Shown piece by piece: positions 36,417 through 49,196 of a stretch of 64,000 nt of DNA; positions within the stretch are counted from its first letter, which is position 1, and each line of letters begins with the position of its first letter. The DNA comes from Macrostomum lignano (Eukaryota). The stretch covers positions 124,001 to 188,000 of the forward strand of contig NIVC01001482.1 of the NCBI GenBank assembly GCA_002269645.1. Direction: 5' to 3'. The notes under the pieces were generated by a model. That model ran no database searches. It had not been told where the DNA came from and saw only the letters and a program-made list of their open reading frames with translations. A program made the translations under genes and the position numbers.

Positions 36417-39400
36417 ATGTCAAGCTACAAGCCGGCTTACTTCCGGGTTGCATCTGTTGATCCTTCACAGCCGCCACAGCAGCCACAGCAGCCACAGCAG
36501 CATCAGCAGCAGTCGACCACTGGTATGGTTTTTATACTCGTACATTGATGCCATTATTGCTTACTTGCGTCCGTCATAGAGAGTGACAAAAAATTAATAA
36601 TAGCATACGAGTGATGCCATTCAGAGGAGTCCCAAGATTCCTTAGAGTGACAAGAGTTATGGGAGTGAAAAAATTCTAAAGAGTGAACAGATCTAACATT
36701 AGAATAGCAAACATACCTAACAATAAAATAGGGACAAGATCTAACATTAGAAGAGTGACTAGATCTACGCTCGTAGAAGAGTGATCAGATCTAAAAGAGT
36801 GACCAGATCTAGAAGACTGATCAGATACAAAAGAGTGACCAGATCTAGAAGAGTGACCAGATCTAGAAGACTGATCAGATCCAAAAGAGTGACCAGATCT
36901 AGAAGACTGATCAGATCCAAAAGAGTGACCAGATCTAGAAGACTGATCAGATCCAAAAGAGTGACCAGATCTAGAAGACTGATCAGATCCAAAAGAGTGA
37001 CCAGATCTAGAAGAGTGATAAGACTCATGAGATTAACAGATTTAAACGATTGAAAACATCTCGTACGAGCTTCGTTAGAGTGACAAGATAGCCTAGAGTG
37101 ACAAGTTAGCCTAGAGTGACAAGTTAGCCTAGAGTGACAAGTTAGCCTAGAGTGACAAGATAGCCTAGAGTGACAAGATAGTCTAGAGTGACAAGTTATC
37201 GCGTCGCCGCCCGCCCCCACCAGACCCAGCCGAGTTCGTTCGCGACCTGCTGGCCAAGGAGGCCTGCTGCGAGGCCACCTCCGTCAGGCCGCTGTTCTGC
37301 CAGCTGGACCAGCTGAACTCGGTGCCGGGCCCGGACGGCCTGTCCCTCACGCAGGTCTGGCGGGAAAAGTTTCGCTGGATAAAATTCGAAGAGGAGCTCG
37401 AGGTGACCGGCAATCGATGGAGCGTCCCCTACGTGCCGGTGCTGTCGCCTTTCTCAGTGATGGAGGCTCGCCGGCAGCTGGACAGTGGGCTCACCTTGCT
37501 GATGAAGGTTGACAGCGACGACGGACCCGCGGCAGCGGGCGGACTGAAGTGCATCGCCGAGGAGGTCGAAGCCAACCTGGTCACCCGGCTGGGCACGGAC
37601 GCCGCTGAGGAGGTCAAGCGGCTGCTGCTCACCCGGCACATCAACTTCGTCGAGAAAGTTGAGGACAGTGAGTGACAGTCAGAGTGACTATTCTGGAGTG
37701 ACCAGTCTAGAGCATACCAGTGTAGAACCGAGTGACCAGTCTAGAACAGAATTACCAGACTAGAACAGAGTTACCAGTCTAGAACAGAGTGACTTGTCTA
37801 GAACAGAGTGACTTGTCTAGAACAGAGTGACTTGTCTAGAACAGAGTGACCAGACTAGAACAGAGTGACCAGTCTAGAACAGAGTGACCAGTCAAGAACA
37901 GAGTGACCAGTGTCTAGAACAGAGTGACCAGTGTCTAGAACAGAGTGACCAGTCTAGAACAGAGTGACCAGTCTAGAACAGAGTGACCAGTCTAGAACAG
38001 AGTGACCATACTAGAACAGAGTGACCAGTCTAGAACAGAGTGACCAGTCTAGAACAGAGTGACCAGTCTAGAACAGAGTGACCATACTAGAACAGAGTGA
38101 CCAGTCTAGAACAGAGTGACCAGTCTAGAACAGAGTGACCAGTCTAGAACAGAGTGAGTGACCAGTCAAGAACAGAGTGACCATACTAGAACAGAGTGAC
38201 CAGTCTAGAACAGAGTGACCAGTCTAGAACAGAGTGACCATACTAGAACAGAGTGACTAGTCTAGAACAGAGTGACCAGTCTAGAACAGAGTGACCAGTC
38301 TAGAACAGAGTGACTTGTCTAGAACAGAGTGACCAGTCTAGAACAGAGTGACCAGTCTAGAACAGAGTGACCAGTCTAGAACAGAGTGACCAGTCTAGAA
38401 CAGAGTGACCAGTCTAGAACAGAGTGACCAGTCTAGAACAGAGTGACCAGTCTAGAACAGAGTGACCATACTAGAACAGAGTGACTAGTCTAGAACAGAG
38501 TGACCAGTCTAGAACAGAGTGACCAGTCTAGAACAGAGTGACTTGTCTAGAACAGAGTGACCAGTCTAGAACAGAGTGACCAGTCTAGAACAGAGTGACC
38601 AGTCTAGAACAGAGTGACCAGTCTAGAACTTCAACTACCATTGCAGAGGACGAGGAGAATGCCGGTCGCAAGACGAACAAGAAGTACAGAAAGAAGGTGC
38701 ACAAAGATGCGGAGGGCTGCTCGATCATGGTGGGCGCGGTGCAGACTCTCCGAGCGCCCGTCTCGGTGTTCGTCAGGCTGGAGCAGCCGCTGAAGGACGA
38801 GCCGCTGATGGAAATCGATCTGCCCATCCGGTTTCTCTACCTGCTGTTGGGTCCGAAGCCCAGCGCCCTGTCGGACCTCGTGTTGGTTGCTAAGGCGGTT
38901 GCCACCCTGATGACTGACGAAATATTTCACAAGGTGGCCTATCTGGCCAATAGCAAGGTGAGTGACAGGGTCTGAGGGACAACAGAGGGAAACAAAAAGG
39001 CACTCTGGGTGACAAAGTTGGCTAATCGATATGAATTTTGTGTCAGAGTCCTCACGTGTCTGAGGTGGAATGGGCAAATTTTAAGGCTTTGAGAGTCTCT
39101 TGAAGAGACTCTTGAAGGAGCGACAGTGTCTAGGAGTGCCAGATACAGACAGAGAGGAGAGTGACAATATTCAGGAGTGCCAGACAGAGAGAGTGACAAT
39201 ATTCAGGAGTGCCGGACAGAGAGAGTGACAATATTCAGGAGTGCCGGACAGAGAGAGTGACAATATTCAGGAGTGCCAGACAGAGAGAGTGAAACTATTC
39301 AGGAGTGCCAGACAGAGAGAGTGACAATATTCAGGAGTGCCAGACAGAGAGAGAGAGAGAGTGACAATATTCAGGAGTGCCAGACAGAGAGAGAGTGACA

Positions 39401-42400
39401 ATATTCAGGAGTGCCAGACAGAGAGAGAGTGACAATATTCAGGAGTGCCAGACAGAGAGAGAGTGACAATATTCAGGAGTGCCAGACAGAGAGAGTGACA
39501 ATATTCAGGAGTGCCAGACAGAGAGAGAGTGACAATATTCAGGAGTGCCAGACAGAGAGAGAGTGACAATATTCAGGAGTGCTAGAATTGAAAAACTCCG
39601 CAGGTGGAGCTCATCGCTGGTGTGGACGAGTTCCTGAAGTGCTCCAGCATCCTGCCCCCCATCGGCTGCTCCCTGACCGACCGAATTCCACCGCCGATGG
39701 AGAAGCCGAACACCGAGCACCGGCACGCGGATCAGAAGGAGCCGCAGGAGCCGGCGGTGGTGGAGCACGGCGAGGCTGAGGGGCTCCAGCGAACTGGCCG
39801 TCTCTTCGGCGGCCTGGTTCAAGACGTGAAACGCCGAGCGCCTTGGTAAGTCGAGTGACAAGGCTTGAGTAAGGCTTGAGTGACAGATCAGAGTGAGTGA
39901 CAGATCAGAGTGAGTGACAGATCAGAGTGAGTGACAGATCAGAGTGAGTGACAGATCAGAGTGAGTGACAGATCAGAGTGAGTGACAGATCAGAGTGAGT
40001 GACAGATCAGAGTGAGTGACAGATCAGAGTAAAAGATCAGAGTGAGAGATTTAAGTGACCGATTTGAGTGACCGATTTGAGTGACCGATTTGAGTGACCG
40101 ATTTGAGTGACCGATTGGAGTGACCGATTGGAGTGACAGATTAGAGTGACCGATTAGAGTGACAGATCAAAGTGAGTGACAGATTAGAGTGACCGATTGG
40201 AGTGACAGATTTGAGTGACCGATTGGAGTGACAAATTGGAGACAGATTTGATGACCGATTGGAGTGACAGATTAGATTGACAGATCAAAGTGAGTGACAG
40301 ATTAGAGTGACAGATTGGAGTGGCAGATCAGAGTGACAGATTAGAGTGACCGACCTGGAGTGACAGACAGGGTGAAATATTACGCAGGTGATCAGGCGCC
40401 CATGCAACCAAATCGCCCCCCTTACTCCAGGTACAAAAGCGACTTCCTGGACGCGCTGCATCCCCAGACGATCGGCTCGTTTTTCTTCATCTACTTTGCC
40501 TGCATCGCCCCCATCATCACCTTCGGTGGCATGCTGAGCGACGCCACAAACGGCTACCTTGGCGCCATGGAGAGCATACTCTCCGGCCTCATCTGCGGCG
40601 TCTCATACGCTTTGTTTGCTGGACAACCGCTCACCATTCTGGGATCTACGGGACCGGTGAGGATGGGGATGGTTAGGGATTGTTACAGGCAATACTGATG
40701 GTGCTCAAGGATGTTGATGGTCCTCGGGGACGTTTGATAATGCTACTCAAGGATGCTGATGATGCTCAGGGACGTTTGATAATGCTACTCAAGGATGCTG
40801 ATGATGCTCAGGGATGTTTGATGATGCTACTCAAGGATGCTGATGATGCTCAGGGACGTTTGATAATGCTACTCAAGGATGCTGATGATGCTCAGGGATG
40901 TTTGATGATGCTACTCAAGGATGCTGATGATGCTCAGGGATGTTTGATGATGCTACTCAAGGATGCTGATGATGCTCAGGGATGTTTGATGATGCTACTC
41001 AAGGATGCTGATGATGCTCAGGGATGTTTGATGATGCTACTCAAGGATGCTGATGGTGCTCAGGAATGTTTGATGATGCTACTCAAGGATGTTGATGGTC
41101 CTCGGGGACGTTTGATAATGCTACTCAAGGATGCTGATGATGCTCAGGGATGTTTGATAATGCTACTCAAGGATGCTGATGATGCTCAGGGATGTTTGAT
41201 GATGCTACTCAAGGATGCTGATGATGCTCAGGGATGTTTGATGATGCTACTCAAGGATGCTGATGATGCTCAGGGATGTTTGATGATGCTACTCAAGGAT
41301 GCTGATGATGCTCAGGGATGTTTGATGATGCTACTCAAGGATGCTGATGGTGCTCAAGGATGCTGATCAATGGTGTTCAAGGATGTTGATAAGTGCTCAA
41401 GGATGCTGATAGTGCTCAAGGATGTTGATAGTGCTCAAGGATGCTGATGGTGCTGAAGGATGTTGATGCTGCTCAAGGATGTTTATGCTGCTCAAAGATT
41501 TTGATGTTGCGGAAGGATGCTGATGGTGCTCAAGGATACTGATGGTGCTCAAGGATGTTGATGCTGCTCAAGGATTTTGATGTTACTTAAGGATGCTGAT
41601 GGCGTAAAATGATACACATGTATTAATAAGAACGTTGTTGGCCTAATCCAGGATGTTGGCTGGATTATTTCTATGATTTAGCTGTCCTAGGCGGACCCAG
41701 ATACATTGCAATAAGACACAGATCGCCTCCCACCTTTCTCTCTCAGGTGCTGGTTTTTGAAACCATAGTATTCAAAATGTGCGACCGCTACCACTGGGAC
41801 TACCTGCCATTCCGCTGGTGGATCGGCATGTGGACGGCTCTCCTTCTATTGGTGACGGTCGCCCTCGACCTCAGCTACCTGGTGAAGTACATCACCAGGT
41901 TCACGGAGGAGAGCTTCGCCCTGCTCATAGCTGTCATCTTCGTCTACGAGGCGCTCGCCAAGCTGTTCAAGATCTCGTCGGACTACCCGGTGAACAAGTA
42001 CTGGCACCCGAAGCATGAGGTCATAGTGGAGTGCGAGTGCTTGCCCAATGACAACCTCACCGAGCTCATCCCCGTGCCGCCCAAGATGGCCCGTCAGCTG
42101 CCGACCTACCGGGACGGCAACGTCACCGTGGCGAACTTCAGCGCCATGGACTACTATTCCTGGGACCACGACCTGTTCTGGAGGACCTGTCCGCAATACG
42201 GCGGAGTCTGGGTCGGCCGCGGCTGCGGACTCTTCAACGTGCCGGACGTTTTCTTCTTCTCCTGCCTGCTTTTCATTGCCACGTTCTTCCTCTGCTACAC
42301 GCTGAAGAAGGCCCGGGCCAGCAGTTTGTTCCCCACCTTCGTCCGCCGCCTCATCTCCGACTTTGCCGTCATGATCGCCATCTGCGTGGTCACCTCCGTC

Positions 42401-45400
42401 GACTACATCATGGGTGAGTTGGAGCTCAAGGGTTGGAGCTGAGGGGGTGGAGCTGAGAAGTTGGAGCTGAGGGGGTTGGAGCTGAGGAGTTGGAGCTGAG
42501 AAGTTGGAGCTGAGGGGGTTGGAGCTGAGGAGTTGGAGCTGAGGGGGTTGGAGCTGAGGAGTTGGAGCTGAGGGGGTTGGAGCTGAGGAGTTGGAGCTGA
42601 GAGGGTTGGAGCTGAGGGGGTGGAGCTAAAAGGTTGGAGCTAAGAGATGGCGCTGAGGGGGTTGGAGCTAATGGGTTGGAGTTGAGGGGTTGGAGCTGAG
42701 GAGTTGGAGCTGAGGAGTTGGAGCTTAAGAATTGGAGCTGAGGAGTTGGAGCTAATGGGTTGCAGCTGAGGAGTTGGAGCTGAGGAGTTGGAGCTGAGGA
42801 GTTGGAGCTGAGGAGTTGGAGCTGAGGGGTTGGAGCTGAGGAGTTGGAGCTGAGGAGTTGGAGCTGAGGAGTTGGAGCTGAGGAGTTGGAGCTGAGGAGT
42901 TTGAGCTGAGGAGTTGGAGCTGAGGAGTTTGAGCTGAGGAGTTGGAGCTGAGAGGGTTGGAGCTGAGGGGGTGGAGCTAAAAGGTTGGAGCTAAGAGGTT
43001 GAAGCTGACGGGGTTGGAGCTTACAGCCTATTGCTCGAACTGTGAGCTCTGTGAGAAGCATTTGTGAGTGACAAAGCTGTGAATGAACATTGCTGTGAAT
43101 GACAAAGCTGTGAATGACAAAGCTGAGAATGACAAAGCTGTGAATGGACAATGCTGTGAATGGCAAAGCTGTGAATGGACAATGCTGTGAATGGACAAAG
43201 CTGTGAATGGCAAAGCTGTGAATGGCAAAGCTGTGAATGGCAAAGCTGTGAATGGACAATGCTGTGAATGGCAAAGCTGTGAATGGACATTGGACAATGC
43301 TGTTAATGGCAAAGCTGTGAATGGACAATGCTGTGAATGGCAAAGCTGTGAATGGACATTGGACAATGCTGTGAATGGCAAAGCTGTGAATGGACAATGC
43401 TGTGAATGGCAAAGCTGTGAATGGACATTGGACAATGCTTTTAATGGCAAAGCTGTGAATGGACAATGCTGTGAATGGCAAAGCTGTGAATGGCAAAGCT
43501 GTGAATGGACAATGCTGTGAATGGCAAAGCTGTGAATGGACAATGCTGTGAATGGCAAAGCTGTGAATGGACAATGCTGTGAATGGCAAAGCTGTGAATG
43601 GACATTGGACAATGCTTTTAATGGCAAAGCTGTGAATGGACAATGCTGTGAATGGCAAAGCTGTGAATGGCAAAGCTGTGAATGGACAATGCTGTGAATG
43701 GCAAAGCTGTGAATGGACAATGCTGTGAATGGCAAAGCTGTGAATGGACAATGCTGTGAATGGCAAAGCTGTGAATGGACAATGCTGTGAATGGCAAAGC
43801 TGTGAATGGACATTGGACAATGCTGTGAATGGCAAAGCTGTGAATGGACAATGCTGTGAATGGCAAAGCTGTGAATGGACATTGGACAATGCTTTTAATG
43901 GCAAAGCTGTGAATGGACAATGCTGTGAATGGCAAAGCTGTGAATGGCAAAGCTGTGAATGGACAATGCTGTGAATGGCAAAGCTGTGAATGGACAATGC
44001 TGTGAATGGCAAAGCTGTGAATGGACAATGCTGTGAATGGACAAAGCTGTGAATGGACAATGCTGTGAATGGCAAAGCTGTGAATGGACATTGGACAATG
44101 CTGTTAATGGCAAAGCTGTGAATGGACAATGCTGTGAATGGCAAAGCTGTGAATGGACATTGGACAATGCTGTGAATGGCAAAGCTGTGAATGGACAATG
44201 CTGTGAATGGCAAAGCTGTGAATGGACATTGGACAATGCTTTTAATGGCAAAGCTGTGAATGGACAATGCTGTGAATGGCAAAGCTGTGAATGGACATTG
44301 GACAATGCTTTTAATGGCAAAGCTGTGAATGGACAATGCTGTGAATGGCAAAGCTGTGAATGGACAATGCTGTGAATGGACAATGCTGTGAATGGCAAAG
44401 CTGTGAATGGACAATGCTGTGAATGGCAAAGCTGTGAATGGACAATGCTGTGAATGGCAAAGCTGTGAATGGACAATGCTGTGAATGGCAAAGCTGTGAA
44501 TGGACATTGGACAATGCTGTGAATGGCAAAGCTGTGAATGGACAATGCTGTGAATGGCAAAGCTGTGAATGGACATTGGACAATGCTTTTAATGGCAAAG
44601 CTGTGAATGGACAATGCTGTGAATGGCAAAGCTGTGAATGGACAAAGCTGTGAATGGCAAAGCTGTGAATGGACAAAGCTGTGAATGGCAAAGCTGTGAA
44701 TGGACAATGCTGTGAATGGCAAAGCTGTGAATGGACATTGGACAATGCTGTGAATGGCAAAGCTGTGAATGGACAATGCTGTGAATGGCAAAGCTGTGAA
44801 TGGCAAAGCTGTGAATGGCAAAGCTGTGAATGGACAATGCTGTGAATAGCAAAGCTGTGAATGGACATTGGACAATGCTGTGAATAGCAAAGCTGCTCCA
44901 TCACCGCTGACCCACTCGAACTGCTCACGGTGCCAGATCTGCACACCCCGAAGCTGCTGATCCCAGTGAGTTTCGAGCCGACCCTGGGCTACACCTACCG
45001 CGGCTGGGTGGTTCGCCCCTTTGGCAACAATCCCTGGTTCACGTCGCTCATCGCCATCGGCCCCGCCTTGCTCGCCACCATCCTGGTGTTTCTGGACCAG
45101 CAGATCACCAGCGTGATTGTCAACAGGCGCGAAAACAAAATGCGCAAGGGTGCTGGCTTTCACCTGGATCTGCTGGTAAGGCTGCAGCTGCACTTTAGAT
45201 CACCCCAATCCACTAATCCACAAATCCGCAACCCACTAATCCGCAACCCACTAATCCTCAACCCACTAATCCACAACCCACTAATCCTTAAACCACTAAT
45301 CCGCAACTCACTAATCCGCAACTCACTAATCCGCAACTCACTAATCCGCAACCCACAAACCCTAAACCACTAATCCGCAACCCACTAATCCGCAACCCAC

Positions 45401-46699
45401 TAATCCGCAACCCACTAATCCGCAACCCACTAATCCGCAACCCACTAATCCGCAACCCACTAATCCGCAACCCACTAATCCGCAACCCACTAATCCGCAA
45501 CCCACTAATCCGAAGCCCCAGCAGTCTGCAACCCAGCAACTGCTCAATCCCTCAGGTTGTGGCGGTATGCATAGCCATCAACTCGGCCCTGGGCCTGCCG
45601 TGGTTCGTAGCCGCCACTGTGCTGTCAATCAATCACGTGCTCAGCCTGCGCGAGGAGAGTGAGTGCACCGCGCCAGGCGAAAGGCCCGTGCTGCTCGGCT
45701 GCCGGGAGAACCGAGTGACCGGCTTGCTGGTGTTCCTGTGCATCGGCTTGTCGGTGTTCATGTCGCCGCTGCTGCGCCACATCCCCATGCCAGTGCTGTA
45801 CGGAGTGTTCCTGTTCATGGGCGTCGCCTCGCTTAACGGCATGCAGCTGTTCGACCGGTTCCTGCTGCTGCTGCAGCCGAGAAAGAACCAGCCCGATATG
45901 GCATGCCTGCGGTGAGTGACTGGGTTGGAGTGACTGGGTTGGAGTGATTGGGTTGGAGTGACTTGGTTGGAGTGACTAGGTTGGAGTGACTGGGTTGGAG
46001 TGACTAGGTTGGAGTGACTAAGTTGGAGTGACTAGGTTGGAGTGACTAGGTTGGAGTGACTGGGTTGGAGTGACCGGGTTGGAGTGATTAGGTTGGATGA
46101 GGATGAGAGTAGTATCTAACTGACTGTGGCTTATCGGGACTGACTATCTGAGAGTGACTTATTGAGAGTGACTATCTGACAGAGAATTATTGAGAGTGAC
46201 TATCTGAGAGTGACTTATTGAGAGTGACTATCTGACAGAGAATTATTGAGAGTGACTATCTGAGAGTGACTTATTGAGAGTGACTATCTGACAGAGAATT
46301 ATTGAGAGTGACTATCTGAGAGTGACTATCTGACAGAGAATTATTGAGAGTGACTATCTGAGAGTGACTTCACCCCGGCCGGCCCTCAGAGAGGTGAAGC
46401 TGTGGCGAGTGCACCTGTTCACCGGCATCCAGCTGGGCTGCTTCGCTCTGCTGTGGGTCGTCAAGAAGATCTCCCTGATCAGCATCGCCTTCCCACTGAT
46501 GGTGCTGTCACTGTGCTTCGCCCGCAAGCTGCTGGACTACGTGTTCACCAGGAATGAGCTCCGCCTGCTGGACGACCTGCTGCCCGAGCAGAAATTGGAG
46601 GAGACCATCCGACTGCGTCGACGCAGCCGCATGTCCACGGCCGTGGACCTCGAAGAGCTCGCCCAGGCTGAAGACGACGAGCAAGAGAAAGCCGTTTAA
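36417..46699 (+). CDS. SLC4 bicarbonate transporter, Na+-coupled (NCBT/NDAE1-like) type, ~966 aa
   Basis: Exons 36417-36522, 37224-37667, 38647-38957, 39604-39845, 40431-40656, 41747-42413, 44937-45175, 45556-45911, 46390-46699 sum to 2901 nt with consistent phases and no internal stop. Motifs [72 protein letters not shown]. Four Cys in the large extracellular loop. Start codon and the exon 3 acceptor are best guesses. Confidence 0.93.
36775..37197. repeat. 18/36-bp minisatellites in SLC4 intron 1
   Basis: AGATCCAAAAGAGTGACC+AGATCTAGAAGACTGATC, then AGAGTGACAAGTTAGCCT. Confidence 0.92.
37670..38628. repeat. 19-bp minisatellite in SLC4 intron 2
   Basis: Unit AGAGTGACCAGTCTAGAAC. Confidence 0.97.
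39150..39582. repeat. ~32-bp minisatellite in SLC4 intron 3
   Basis: Unit GAGTGACAATATTCAGGAGTGCCAGACAGAGA with a variable GA tract. Confidence 0.95.
39853..40375. repeat. 17-bp and 13-bp minisatellites in SLC4 intron 4
   Basis: GAGTGAGTGACAGATCA, then GAGTGACCGATTT variants. Confidence 0.93.
40695..41600. repeat. 42-bp (21-bp-derived) minisatellite in SLC4 intron 5
   Basis: TGATGATGCTACTCAAGGATGCTGATGATGCTCAGGGATGTT. Confidence 0.95.
42419..44895. repeat. 14-bp then 15/16-bp minisatellites in SLC4 intron 6
   Basis: TGAGGAGTTGGAGC up to ~43020, then GCAAAGCTGTGAATG / GACAATGCTGTGAATG from ~43060. Confidence 0.97.
45205..45512. repeat. 15-bp minisatellite in SLC4 intron 7
   Basis: Unit CCACTAATCCGCAAC. 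Confidence 0.95.
45912..46368. repeat. 14-bp and composite GAGTGAC repeats in SLC4 intron 8
   Basis: GAGTGACTGGGTTG starts inside the donor; GAGAGTGACTATCTGA / GAGAGTGACTTATT follow from ~46150. Confidence 0.93.
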
Positions 46700-46904
46700 T
46701 AAATATGGAATGATGATTCCCCCCTGAGATATCAGAGTGGAATGCACTGTGAACTGCAGGATGTAGGACTGTTATTTATAAACAATTTTAGCATTGTAAA
46801 AAAATACTTCACCATTTGATTTTCTCAATTGCACCAACTAAAAAATGCACAATGATTATATAGGCTGATTATCTCGATGCAGTAACTAACGTTAAAATCA
46901 TTTA

Positions 46905-48395
46905 TCCTGACTGAGATTATACTGGCTGTGATTATCTTGACTGTGATTATCCTGACTGTGATTATCCTGGCTGTGATTATCCTGACTGAGATTATCCTGA
47001 CTGAGATTATCCTGGCTGTGATTATCCTGACTGAAATTATCCTGACTGTGATTATCCTGGCTGTGATTATCCTGACTGAGATTATCCTGACTGTGATTAT
47101 CCTGGCTGTGATTGTCCTGACTGAGATTATCCTGACTGAGATTATCCTGACTGTGATTATCCTGACTGTGATTATCCTGGCTGTGATTATCCTGACTGAG
47201 ATTATCCTGACTGAGATTATCCTGACTGAGATTATCCTGACTGAGATTATCCTGACTGAGATTATACTGGCTGTGATTATCTTGACTGTGATTATCCTGA
47301 CTGTGATTATCCTGGCTGTGATTATCCTGACTGAGATTATCCTGACTGAGATTATCCTTACTGAGATTATCCTGACTGAGATTATCCTGACTGAGAATAT
47401 CCTGGCTGTGATTATCCTGACTGAGATTATCCTGACTGAGATTATCCTGACTGAGATTATACTGGCTGTGATTATCCTGACTGAGATTATACTGGCTGTG
47501 ATTATCCTGACTGTGATTATCTTGACTGTGATTATCCTGACTGTGATTATCCTGACTGTGATTATCTTGACTGTGATTATCTTGACTGTGATTATCCTGA
47601 CTGTGATTATCCTGACTGTGATTATCTTGACTGTGATTATCTTGACTGTGATTATCCTGACTGTGATTATCTTGACTGTGATTATCTTGACTGTGATTAT
47701 CCTGACTGTGATTATCTTGACTGTGATTATCTTGACTGTGATTATCCTGACTGTGATTATCCTGACTGTGATTATCTTGACTGTGATTATCTTGATTGTG
47801 ATTATCCTGACTGTGATTATCCTGACTGTGATTATCTTGACTGTGATTATCTTGACTGTGATTATCCTGACTGTGATTATCTTGACTGTGATTATCCTGA
47901 CTGTGATTATCCTGACTGTGATTATCTTGACTGTGATTATCTTGACTGTGATTATCCTGACTGTGATTATCCTGGCTGTGATTATCCTGACTGTGATTAT
48001 CCTGACTGTGATTATCCTGACTGAGATTATACTGGCTGTGATTATCCTGACTGTGATTATCCTGGCTGTGATTATCCTGACTGAGATTATACTGGCTGTG
48101 ATTATCCTGACTGTAATTATCCTGACTGTGATTATCCTGACTGAGATTATACTGGCTGTGATTATCCTGACTGTGATTATCTTGACTGTGATTATCCTGG
48201 CTGTGATTATCCTGACTGAGATTATACTGGCTGTGATTATCTTGACTGTGATTATCCTGGCTGTGATTATCCTGACTGAGATTATACTGGCTGTGATTAT
48301 CCTGACTGTGATTATCCTGACTGTGATTATCCTGACTGAGATTATACTGGCTGTGATTATCCTGACTGTGATTATCTTGACTGTGATTATATTCA
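46905..48395. repeat. 15-bp minisatellite, ~1.5 kb
   Basis: Unit ATTATCCTGACTG(T/A)G. Confidence 0.97.
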
Positions 48396-48819
48396 GTTAA
48401 AATTAAAACATCTCACCATGTAAGTACAGGTATATAAGGCCAAAAGGCTTGAAAATTAACTTTGTATTTTATTTTATTAGATCAGAAGTGTGTCATATTA
48501 TGCTCCTATTTATAATTCATAGGATTTATTCCTCTTTTCAGTTACTTCCCTCATATTTTTATCCCGAAAAAAGTGCTTGGCTGGGCCTTAGTTATTTAAT
48601 ACACTCTCAATCTGCCCCACTAAATGGCTATTAGAGCAAATCATTATTTTTTATTTCAAATTAAAAAGTCATTGGCACTAAAGAGGGCTTTTTTGCTATT
48701 GGTAAATTCAATTTGTATTTTATTCTTTTTCCACGGCTATTCACTGGCAATTATCATGATAACAACATTTAACACTTCGGGATAACAATAACAATATTAA
48801 GCATTTAACTGATAGACTA

Positions 48820-49100
48820 TCCTCTCTCTCCTCTCCCCTCTCTCCTCTCCCCTCTTCCCCTCTCTCCTCTCCCCTCTCTCCCCTCCCCTCTCTCCTCTCT
48901 CCCCTCCCCTCTCTCCCCTCCCCTCTCTCCTCTCCCCTCTCTCCTCTCTCCTTTCCACTCTTTCCTCTCCCCCCTCTCCCCTCTCCTCTTTCTGGCGGGA
49001 TTAGGCTGCCTCTCTCCTTTCTCCTTTTCCTTCTCTCCTCTTCCCGTTCCTTTCTCCCCTCTTTCCTCTCCCTTCTCTCCTTTCTCCACTTCCCCTCCAC
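48820..49100. repeat. CT-rich low-complexity tract
   Basis: Seen directly. Confidence 0.85.
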
Positions 49101-49196
49101 CCAGGCACCCAATCTGGCTGCAAGAGCAATAAGAGCTGATTGCCAGACAACTAGGCAATTGTCTGGCTACGCCCCCTGTGAACAGAATCGAGCCTG

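Noticed and set aside
42426-45193. 716-, 432- and 284-aa minus-strand ORFs
   Set aside because: They are antisense readings of SLC4 intron 6 minisatellites and exon 7.
20637-46699. SELENOM-ZIP-SLC4 as a trans-spliced operon
   Set aside because: The genes share a strand but are 3-4 kb apart with repeat-filled spacers; no spliced-leader evidence can be seen in genomic DNA.
46928-48400. 490-aa (VIILT)n hydrophobic ORF
   Set aside because: Pure 15-bp minisatellite.
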